DNA of 64,000 bases, taken from contig CM035357.1 of assembly GCA_020137815.1 (NCBI GenBank), positions 5,828,001 to 5,892,000 on the forward strand. The letters run 5' to 3'. Below are positions 31,781 through 64,000 of this stretch, in pieces. The stretch's first letter is position 1. Each line of letters begins with the position of its first letter. Source of the DNA: Hormiphora californensis (Eukaryota; Animalia; Ctenophora). The position numbers were made by a program, and so were the translations under genes. The notes under the pieces are model-generated. The model saw only the letters and a program-made list of their open reading frames with translations, searched no databases and was not told where the DNA came from.

Positions 31781-32001
31781 TTTAAACAGCCTCTACCCAA
31801 CTTTACAGTCATAACTGTACTTCACCCAGCCGCCATCCGGCACCCCGTCCCTACAGGTTTCCACACAGTTTATATTGTGATATATCCGGTTCCTGATAAG
31901 AAAATGACTTAATTTCGGTTGCTTTCGAATGATAATTTAAAGGCCTTTCCTACACAACTGAGGCCAAATCTTTATCTTATCGGGTACCGGAAGTATGGTT
32001 A

Positions 32002-32452
32002 ATAGGGATCCCTAAAAAAGTTCAGTATTTACACAGAGTTTACACAGTCTTTACACAGTCATTATACTCCATTTTTTTTCAACTGTTCACCCCCCAAAGT
32101 CGTGCGCGGAATTGTTTTGCGCGTTTATCACATGTTAACGTATAGCGCGCGCCACCCAAATTCTAATTTTTATTAAATTTCAGTTTTTGGGTGAACAGTT
32201 GAAAAAAAATGGACTTTACACCCAGAGCGGCGCGTGCTGCGTTTTGCGGCTTTTTCTAAGAAAATATTGGATTGTGTGCTGCACAATTGAGTAAATTGAG
32301 CGCTGCGGCGAAAAAGTTTCCGAAAACGCTGCAAATCGAGTGCGAAAGACGCAGTCTTTACACCCAGAGCGGCGCGGGCGCTCTGGGTGTAATGACTGTG
32401 TAAAGACTGTGTAAACTCTGTGTAAATACTGAACTTTTTTAGGGATCCCTAT
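32002..32452. mobile_element. MITE (AGGGATCCCTAAAAAAG TIRs) with a second MITE nested at 32063-32218
   Basis: Outer TIRs of ~60 bp. The inner family TCCATTTTTTTTCAACTGTTCACCC recurs at 34017-34312. Confidence 0.8.
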
Positions 32453-32555
32453 AACGTAAAAAAGGGGGTGAAGTTTGGCATACGTTGCAGGCCCCTTATA
32501 ATATAATTGCGGGGGTGCGCGCATGAGGGGGCTGCAGCGCATTCCAAGGGTGAAG

Positions 32556-33531
32556 TACGGTGGCAGATTCCGGCCAAGTGTTTTTTTCAATCAAGTGAAA
32601 TATTTTTGTTTGAAGTTTTATAAAAATTTTATTTCAAAATAAAAATAAACATATCGTTAAAATTATTGGCCGGAATCTGCCACGCGGGTGGCAGATTCCG
32701 GCCAAGATTCTCAAAAAACCTTGGCCAGAATCTGCCACACACGTGGCAGATTCTGGCCAACCAACTAAAACTTGTTTATATCAAAGCGAAAACCACTGTA
32801 CCCGACTAATTTTGATACGCTGAATCACGTAAGATACTTTTCCAATCCCTCAGAGGTCGGGAAAGTGTCATAATTGACCATAATTGGGTCTAATTGACCC
32901 CACTTACAACTTTTCGCCTTAAAACGATAGACGCTTATGTGAAGGCACTTTTCCGACTAATTTTGATACGCTGAATCACGTAAGTAACTTTTCCAAGTCC
33001 TCAGAGATCGGCAAAGTGCCCTAATTGAGCAATTAAGGCTAATTAGACCCAATTATACCCAATTAAGGCATTTTCCCGACCTCGGAGGACTTGGAAAAGT
33101 GGCTTACGTGATTCAGCGTATCAAAATTAGTAGGAAAAGTGCCTTCACATAAGCGTCTATCGTTTCAAGGTGAAAAGTTGTAAGTGGGGTCAATTAGACC
33201 CAATTATGGTCAATTATGACACTTTCCCGACCTCTGAGGGATTGGAAAAGTATCTTACGTGATTCAGCGTATCAAAATTAGTCGGGTACAGTGGTTTTCG
33301 CTTTGATATAAACAAGTTTTAGTTGGTTGGCCAGAATCTGCCACGTGTGTGGCAGATTCTGGCCAAGGTTTTTTGAGAATCTTGGCCGGAATCTGCCACC
33401 CGCGTGGCAGATTCCGGCCAATAATTTTAACGATATGTTTATTTTTATTTTGAAATAAAATTTTTATAAAACTTCAAACAAAAATATTTCACTTGATTGA
33501 AAAAAACACTTGGCCGGAATCTGCCACCGTA
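32556..33531. mobile_element. ~975-bp near-perfect palindromic element, TACGG termini, 6-bp TSD GTGAAG
   Basis: GTGAAG|TACGGTGGCAGATTCCGGCC...GGCCGGAATCTGCCACCGTA|GTGAAG. Termini and TSD length fit IS3EU-type elements (inference). Confidence 0.85.
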
Positions 33532-33607
33532 GTGAAGTGTGAACAGAAATTTTAAAAAACACAGACCGGCACGATTTTCAGATCTGAGCGGCCGCCGCGC
33601 GGCGCGG

Positions 33608-33990
33608 ATTTTTTCCCCGCCCGGGTGAATGCCGAGGGCATTCACCCGGATGCCTTTTGCAAAAAGGCATAGGGGTTTAGAATTCGACAAGTTTACATAC
33701 TAGTGAAGTGTCACGCTTTTTTTGTCCCGTGACGTAACCCGATTAGTTGCGAGGGACAACGGTGTTGCTCCTTCATCAAATACTTCAATGGCACGTTTTC
33801 AGGAGATGTGAGCCGCGCAATGTGGCGCACAATTTAGTGCTACTAAAACACAATGATTTGTTCTATACGGTTTGAGTGATTCATAAATGATCGGAAATGT
33901 CTGTCCCGCCTTCACATTAGATGGTTATGAAAATAAAGGTTGGCGGGGAAACATAGCATTATGAAACATAATGCAGTTATTCTTGTTTCG
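33608..33990 (-). mobile_element. HINE/Helentron-like element related to 51950-52312
   Basis: Terminal hairpin CCGGGTGAATGCC..GGCATTCACCCGG next to a T-run; shares TGAAGGAGCA and TTCTAAACCC motifs in inverted orientation. Confidence 0.5.
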
Positions 33991-34016
33991 GGAAAATTTT
34001 GAATTGTGTGCTGCAC

Positions 34017-34312
34017 TAAAGTCCATTTTTTTTCAACTGTTCACCCAAAATTGAAATTTCAGTGAAATTTAGAATTTTTGTGGCGCGCGCTACACGTTAA
34101 CATGTGATAAACGCGCAAAACAATTCTGCGCACGACTTTGGGGGGTGAACAGTTGAAAAAAAATGGAGTATAAAGTCCATTTTTATTCAACTGTTCACCC
34201 CTCAACTCGTGCGCGTGCGATATTTTAATTTACGCTGCGCGCGCTACACGTTAACATGTGATAAACGCGCAAAAAAATTCCGCGCACGACAGTTGAAAAA
34301 AAATGGAGTATA
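34017..34312. mobile_element. Two adjacent copies of the TCCATTTTTTTTCAACTG MITE
   Basis: TIRs as at 32063-32218; shared core GCGCGCTACACGTTAACATGTGATAAACGCGC. Confidence 0.8.
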
Positions 34313-34564
34313 TTGCAATTGATCAAATTGAGTGCCGCGGCTAAAAAGTTTGCCGAAAACGCTGCAGAAAGCCGCGCAATCTTTATTTTGTCGGATTGCT
34401 CATTTACATTGTTTGTTTTTCAATCTTCTGGAACCCGCTTTGGCTTTTTTGTTTGCAGTTTGGTCCTTTCATACACGTACGTTAGCGGGGCATCCGGCAT
34501 ACTGTGCAGACTTTTCGTGGCTTGTAAAAGGCGTTGCAAAACTCGTACTAGCGATCCGTTAAAA

Positions 34565-56877
<22,313 letters not shown>

Positions 56878-57639
56878 GTATGTGGGGTTTAATTAGTCAA
56901 TCAAATGTAGGTAATAGAGGTGATAAAGCGATTAGGTTAGTTGGATTTTACTTAGTTAATTTAGGAGTGGGGTGCAAAATCAAGCTGACTTGCCAACTGT
57001 GAGACTAGAAAATGAGCTTGTACATAATACATATGTCTGTCATGTAGGTACAGAAATACAGTTGTACAATTACACAAGTCATGCCAAGGGAGGAAAGAGA
57101 GAGAGAGTAAGATCATGCGTTATACACTCGAATATCTCTACTCATTAACAATCTTCCTACTACCGCGAGGAATGACAAAAATAGCCAGACTGTGCCTACG
57201 CCCTACAATCTACATAAAATATTAACACTTAAACAAGTGGTTTGATGCATCAAGGACCAAGGTGAAAAGAGATTTCTTGTACATTATGTAACAGACTAAA
57301 AGTAGGCTTTGTTTGAGCTCTGCTAAATCTAGACAAGTATTTTTTTTAGTGTCATAACTGGAGCCAGCGGCTATTTCTGTCATTCTTGCTGAATGCAATA
57401 TGAAGCCTTAGAGCTGGAGGGAGTGCAACTCGGAGAATATAGCTGGAACAATGCAGCTGCTGGTACGGCATATATATTCAACGCAATAAATGACTGCTTT
57501 TATAAATTAGAGAAAGAGAGAGAAGAAATAAGGAAATCAGAACGAGTGCAAGATGCATTGACGGTATTATTCCGTTACCGTTCGCGTCAATTGAACCTCC
57601 CATGGAAATACAATTGTTTGGGGGCCGGTAAATAATAGA

Positions 57640-58140
57640 CTAGACCGGTGGTGTTAGTGCCATGGTGTATAACAGCCAGCTATGACACGTACAAATTAAC
57701 ACGTACAAATTAATAGGGCGGTGATCTGATAACATGGAGCTGTGAATATAATAACCTCGACTGTGTGTATACCAGTGTTTCACAATATATCTAGTGATGG
57801 GTAATGTGAACAAGTTGCTCTGGATCCCCTGCGTAGAGACCATGTTGAGTCGCTTGACACTCAACACTGTCCGTGCTCCGCACAATTCAAAGACCATGCG
57901 GGAAGATAAGAGAGCAACTGTACACTGGCTCTGTATAACTCTCCAACAGCCCGGACAATGACTCGCTCTTTTCCCGCACAAGCAAGTGTCAACATGATAG
58001 TGATAATCAGTGAAACTGTCTCTACTAGTACTGGTGGCACAAGTGCAGGACTCATTTGAGGTGCAAGAAATGAAATTTTGTACATGAAACTAGTTAACTC
58101 GCATACAGCGGCGAAGTATTGCAAGTGTAGACTCCCCGTC

Positions 58141-58231
<91 letters not shown>

Positions 58232-61200
58232 GCTCTCTCTCGCTTCCTATCCGGGAAGCCTCCAGTGCCACTATTAATAGATTGCAATATGTCTCTCAGA
58301 GTGTAGAGCGAGACAGAGAGTACAGTGGAGAGAGATCCAGATAGAGAGCTAATCGATTCCAGAGATTTAGAGGCTCTTAAACCGGTCTTACGATGTCGTC
58401 ACAACCGTTGCTGTGGTTACCAATTCGAATATATTTTTTGAATCGGGAGCGTATCAAGAGACTTTATATTTTCTTTGAAAATCAATAATAAAAACCACAA
58501 CCGAAGCATAAACGTCTGCTCAAATTTGAGTCCTTGTTACGTCCACTTATTCACTTCCACCTGCATGCCTCTCTAGGCTACCTCAGTTTGGACTTGTGGA
58601 ATGGTGGCTGACTCGCTCGAGTATAAACTCTCTCTAGTAGTTGGTGCAGGGGTTCCCGAGTCTGAGAGGGTCTTCGTGTCATCACCAGTCACCATCTTGT
58701 CCGATACGGTGTAGTTAGGTCGAGTGGTGGCCTCTTTAGAACCGTTCCGGGAGGTATTGGGCTCTTCTGTGCTGGATGTGGCATCTGAAGTAGTGTTATA
58801 ACTCTCAGACGAGTCTGTATAGATCTCAGACCCGGCCGTGTTATATCCGTCAGAGGGTAGAGTATTGTAACCGTCAGACCCCGTGTTGTAACCGTCTGTT
58901 CCAGTATTGTAACCGTCTGTTCCAGTATTGTAGCCGTCAGACCCCGTGTTGTAACCGTCTGTTCCAGTATTGTATCCGTCTGTTCCAGTATTGTAACTGT
59001 CTGTTCCAGTATTGTAACCGTCTGTTCCAGTATTGTAACCGTCTGTTCCAGTATTGTAACCGTCTGTTCCAGTATTGTAGCCGTCTGTTCCAGTATTGTA
59101 ACTGTCTGTTCCAGTATTGTAACCGTCTGTTCCGGTATTGTATCCGTCAGAGGGTCCAGTTTTGTAACCGTCAGACCCCGTGTTGTAACCGTCTGTTCCA
59201 GTATTGTAGCCGTCTGTTCCAGTATTGTAGCCGTCTGTTCCAGTATTGTAACTGTCTGTTCCAGTATTGTAGCCGTCTGTTCCAGTATTGTAACTGTCTG
59301 TTCCAGTATTGTAGCCGTCTGTTCCAGTATTGTAACCGTCTGTTCCAGTATTGTAGCCGTCTGTTCCAGTATTGTAACTGTCTGTTCCAGTATTGTAACC
59401 GTCTGTTCCAGTATTGTAACCGTCAGAGGGTCCAGTAATGTATCCGTCAGAGGGTCCAGTATTGTAACCGTCTGTTCCATTTTCTGCACCAGACCCAGTC
59501 GTGTAAACTTGGTACTGTGTTGTACCCTCCCTTGAATTCCTCTCCTCACGTGTTTGTTCTTCTGTCGGTACATCAGTTGGTTTGTCCGTCAGGATTCGTC
59601 CTTCGTCAAAGTTTGTCGTGTACGCCCCAGAGAATGTGTTCTCACTGTCGTTTAGTCCCGGGTCATTTAACCTCACTCTCCCATCTGAAACAACGCATGT
59701 TTTAATCTTTTTAATTGGTTGAAAGAATTATAAATTAACAGATTTCCCTCTCGCTAGACAAATTTTCAGAAATTATTGTCTCTCTCAAAGTTCTACAAGC
59801 TATTATTCCGAGGTTGTTACTGGAGCGTTGGTAGTGCTCTCATCGGTCGTGGGAGCATTAGTCCCATCTCCATTAGTCATAGAATCACCATTTGACTGCT
59901 CAGTGGTGCTAGAATCTCCAGTAGACTGCTCAGTTGACTGCTCAGTTGACTGCTCAGTTGACTGCTCAGTTGACTGCTCAGTTGACTGCTCAGTTGACTG
60001 CTCAGTTGACTGCTCAGTGGACTGCTCAGTGGACTGCTCAGTGGACTGCTCAGTGGACTGCTCAGTGGACTGCTCAGTTGACTGCTCAGTTGACTGCTCA
60101 GTGGACTGCTCAGTGGACTGCTCAGTTGACTGCTCAGTTGACTGCTCAGTTGACTGCTCAGTAGTAGTTCCAGTTGGTAATCTGTCAGTCGTGTAGTCAG
60201 GATCAGCTGAACCGCTATCAGTTGCTGAATCAGTAGACCCAGATTCAGTGGTACCTGGTACTGTCCTCCCCACTAGATGCAGTGGTACCGGTACTGTCCT
60301 CTCTGCACTAGATGCAGTGGTACTGTCCTCTCTGCCTGATTGTATACTGCTCACTAGTCGGCACATTGTTGGTGGTGTACACCTTATACTCAGTACTCCT
60401 GCCATCATCAGACCGACTCTCAGTAGAGCCACTCTGAGATTCAGTAGTGCTGACCTCAGTCATCAAACCGACTCTCAGTACTCCTGCCCTGAGTAGTCGA
60501 CCCACCTTGATCAGTTCCACTCGTTGAAGTTGATTCCTCCGCGGGGCCAGTCGTCGCAGCTGAGAATTAAGGTAGTGTTAGTTTTACATCCATGAGGCAT
60601 GATAATATCATTGATATGGTTGGTTCACCCTCTTATAAAAATAACCATATCATCCCCCTCCCCGGCCCCTTTCCCACACTGTGTACCGGGTTCCCAGTAC
60701 CAACATAACCCGTGTTTTCCTTTTTTACTGTGTATACCTGTCTGGAAGGTATATCCCCCCCTCCCCAGCCCCGTCCCCCGTTACCCTTCCCCTCCCCCGT
60801 CCCACACTGTGTATACCTGTCTGGAAGGGTGGTGTGGTAGCACCATCATCCCACTTGATACATTCCAGGGTGGGACAGCACTCATCAGCCGTCTCCCTGA
60901 CCTCCAGGCAGCCATCAATAATGGGGTTAGTGAAGGGTGGGCACTTACTGACACACCAGAAACCATACCTAGTGTGGGGAATTTAGTCATGGTAGTCAGT
61001 TAGTTATCATTGCACTAATGCATCCCTCTTCGATTTGATATGTTTTTAGGAGTTCTAGAAGGGATCTAAAAATATCAAGTCCGGGGGAATTGGAAAATGT
61101 CAAGTAACTTTGAGGGCAGCTATACCTGTCACATGTACACCGTCCACATCCCATGTAGAACTGCTGGCCAGCGCTCACAAACAACTCTCCCTCGATGTCA

Positions 61201-61576
61201 TAACACACTGAAAGGGGGATAGTGTGATGTACTGGTAGCGTGACTCAGTTGAAGACTGACTGCGTTTTGAAGAAGGAAAGGGAAGTGTTCGTAATAAATG
61301 GTTCGGACGTATGATGATTAAATGACTGCATTGCATCTACTAGATACAAGTGTCACATGACCATTGACCATGCGTGAATAGAGTATCAGACGACCGGTAG
61401 AGATCTGGGTTAGGTTCATGGTATAGAATACAAAACTTACTGCCATATCGTGATCTCGGAAAGTCCACCTGCTCAAAGGAGGGAATCTCCTCCTGATTGC
61501 CGAAGAACTGAACTGCAATCTCGGGTCTTGCAGATGCCAGACCCAATAGCACTGATAATAGTAGCAGCTTCATCAT
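57640..61576 (-). CDS. Secreted VWC-like + mucin-like repeat protein. Exons ~61576-61441, 61207-61126, 60968-60817, 60559-~59820, 59685-~58580, ~58060-57640; 3' end tentative
   Basis: Signal peptide MMKLLLLSVLLGLASA; CYDIEG..GQQFYMGCGRCTCD..WCVSKCPP..GCLEV..ECCPTLEC; (STEQ)n; (YNTGTDG)n; possible Cys-rich last exon. Frameshifts at ~60300-60470. Confidence 0.7.
58143..58228. repeat. (CT)n microsatellite
   Basis: Seen directly. Confidence 0.98.
58830..59478 (-). repeat. Coding 21-bp tandem repeat (YNTGTDG/S), ~30 units with 24-bp variants
   Basis: Plus-strand unit CCAGTATTGTAACCGTCTGTT; frame stays open throughout. Confidence 0.95.
59924..60161 (-). repeat. Coding 12-bp tandem repeat (STEQ), ~20 units
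   Basis: Plus-strand unit GACTGCTCAGTK; the T/G variation is synonymous in the STEQ frame. Confidence 0.95.
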
Positions 61577-61911
61577 GATCTGTTGGTCAGGAGAGAGAAT
61601 TGGAGAGAGAATTAGAGAGAGAATTGGAGAGAGAATTGGTTACGAACACGAAATAACCCCTCGCCTTGGGTCAGTGGAGAGAGAGAACTGGTTAGAATTG
61701 TAATGATCCTTTCAAGGAGGCAAGTTGAGACCTGGTAACGAGTTAAAATGGATACAAAATTGGATTTGAAGACGTGGTCGCGGGAGAGTTGATTTTAAAT
61801 GAGAAAACATATGCATCAACCATCTGGAGAGGGAGCTGGAGAGAGAGAGAGAGAGAGAACTACCAGGTGGTACTACCAGCTGGAGATAGAGAGATAGTTG
61901 TAGCTACCCGC

Positions 61912-62046
<135 letters not shown>

Positions 62047-63019
62047 GCTACTACTGGAGTATTTAACTTTGCAATGACGAAGGAGAGGACGTATGCTTGT
62101 GCAGGAGGAGGGAGAAAAGCTAAAATTGGGTGCATGCAAGAACCCTGACAAAGGCTGAATTAGGGACATATTATTCTTGAATGAAAAGGAGAGAGAGAGA
62201 GAGGGGCACACCTATAGTGATGGAGTGAGAGAGGTAGAGAGGGAGAATGAGAGAGTGATTTGAGATAGAGGAGAGAGGGTAAGAATGAGAGAGAAGGACT
62301 TTTAGCCGGAAGTATCCTAATCAAACAAATTCAAAACAACATATGTTTCACAGGGGTGAGAGCTTTCTCCATAACATCGCCTCACTTCTTCTTCTCCACT
62401 CTCGTCAATACTTATTATATAAACCTCTCCGCTTCAATTTTAACAACTCCAACTACGACGTGATCTAAATTCCTATCACAGCTCTTATCAAAGTACTCAA
62501 CGAGCAGTTAATTTTCAGAATTAATCACACTGAGCAGTGTGAGAGAGAGAGCCAGTAGTGAGAGATTGTCTCACAAAAGACTGAACTCTCAGAACTGGGC
62601 AGCGTGCGCTATTATAGTGATCAGAGAGATAGAACACATACTTTGGATACTGTGAATCAGAGTATTATCATTCAGTGAATGTCAGCTGGTAATACTACAG
62701 TGGTAACACAGTGGCACCGCTGCTGCGTTTAGCACTTGCATTGTTTACACAACTGAAAAAGTGAGTGCTTGACAGAGATAGGGATAGAGAGAGTGGCAGC
62801 GATAGTGAGAGAGAGAGTGTGTGTGTGAGAGGAGGGTGTGAAAATGAGCCGTTTACATCTGATTGACAGTGTCAGGAATAACATGGTGTGTACCATTCGC
62901 CTGTCAGAATGCTGAAAAAAGATTACTGATATGTTTTGGGCGGGATGCGTCTTATTTCTCTTTCTGTCCTTTCTTTCTATCTCTCTTCCTCCATCTCTCT
63001 TCATCTCCATCTCTCTCCA

Positions 63020-63110
<91 letters not shown>

Positions 63111-63139
63111 ATCTCTATCTCTCTATCTCTCTCTATCTA

Positions 63140-63201
<62 letters not shown>
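63020..63201. repeat. (CT)n microsatellite
   Basis: Seen directly. Confidence 0.98.
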
Positions 63202-63203
<2 letters not shown>

Positions 63204-63756
63204 GCGCATGACGCAAAAGATAAATGGAGCATTGGAGCATAAAAAGCATTCAAACACCCTGCTATGTTGCAAGAATTGAAAATAAAAGCATTCTATCAGG
63301 GAGATGGGAAACAGAGCACTTCTGACAGGTTTACCAAATCGAATTTGGGGCTGCATGCAGCACCCAGCTACCACCGTCACACCCTAAGAGAGGAACTACT
63401 GCGGAACAGTTGAACACGTTAATATGAAGAATTCAGAGAATAAAAATGAGATGAGTGGTAGTGAGAAGAGTGGTCCTTAGTTTTATCAAAATTCTGGTTA
63501 TGATAAACAAACAACGAAACTCTGCGTTTTGGTTAAAAAATGAAATGTTACAAAAAAAATGGGAAGATATATCTAGAAAACATTTGGCACTGCCGGCAAT
63601 AAAAAATCCTAATAAGTATCAAAAATATTAGAAAACATTGGACTAATAAAGAAATATCCTAAGATCGTATCCAGTACTCTCCATCCTAAAATGTCCTATT
63701 CAAATCCTCGATTCCATCCTAATCAGTATGCGGTCCTATTAAAACTCCCAGTTCAG

Positions 63757-63950
63757 CTAGTACACGATAATCTCCTCTTCTTCAGTTCCATTTCCATCAG
63801 AGAGGGGGGAGTTCTCAACCCACTTGACACAATCCAACCTGGGACAACATGTACCAGTGGGGATTGGGGTGAAGTCCAGACACTTCTGAGATGGGGGCAT
63901 GACAGGGAACCGGGGACAGGCTTCAATCATACCACTACACACGTAGCTTC
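63757..63950 (-). CDS. Last exon of a small VWC-like protein, paralog of exon 60968-60817
   Basis: CAG acceptor at 63951-63953; CSGMIEACPRFP..KCLDF..GTCCPRLDCVKW aligns with CVSKCPPF..GCLEV..ECCPTLECIKW. Confidence 0.7.
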
Positions 63951-64000
63951 CTGAGGGGGGTGATTAATTTTGGTTAGTTTTGGTTATTGAACTGTCCATA

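Noticed and set aside
30077-31814. Duplicated ORF MSYWYGWYVLVG..
   Set aside because: It lies in the inverted arms of the foldback element.
57240-57635. Transposase relic (FTLVLDASNH, minus strand) or 80-aa plus-strand ORF
   Set aside because: Too short and broken to support either call.
58830-59478. RNA Pol II CTD or ice-nucleation protein homology
   Set aside because: Only compositional similarity: no YSPTSPS and no AGYGSTxT octamer periodicity.
58689-60196. Alternative frames (TILEQTV)n, (CSVD)n, (LTAQ)n
   Set aside because: Repeat units are multiples of 3, so several frames stay open; flanking sequence and synonymous variation favour the YNTGTDG and STEQ frames.

Overview
Intron-rich animal nuclear DNA, most likely a ctenophore (Pleurobrachia-like). 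That call rests on a match to the ctenophore spliced-leader (SL) sequence as I remember it at 22509-22552 and on repeat families I recognise; it is not database-verified. Genes in order: intronless DYNLT1 (+); CFAP46 (+, one ~7.6 kb exon, frameshift cluster at the 3' end); 13-exon PLK1 (-, LINE ORF1 relic in one intron); FAM136A (-, ends 155 nt before the PLK1 ATG); a 5-exon gene absent from the ORF track that fuses a permuted NlpC/P60 (LRAT/PPPDE-like) domain to a Gly/Ala-rich tail (+); a CYP4-clan P450 (-); and a long neurobeachin-like gene (+) that runs out of the window. The neurobeachin-like introns hold antisense genes for a TauE/SafE membrane protein and an ENT/SLC29 transporter, and probably a secreted VWC + Tyr-heptad repeat protein and its paralog. 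Intergenic and intronic DNA is packed with MITEs, foldback elements, HINE-like elements, minisatellites and (AG)n tracts. Best leads: an SL fused to a hammerhead-like motif; two candidate SL-resolved dicistrons; the papain-fold fusion gene; recurrent duplication of splice junctions into introns; and the Tyr-periodic secreted protein.
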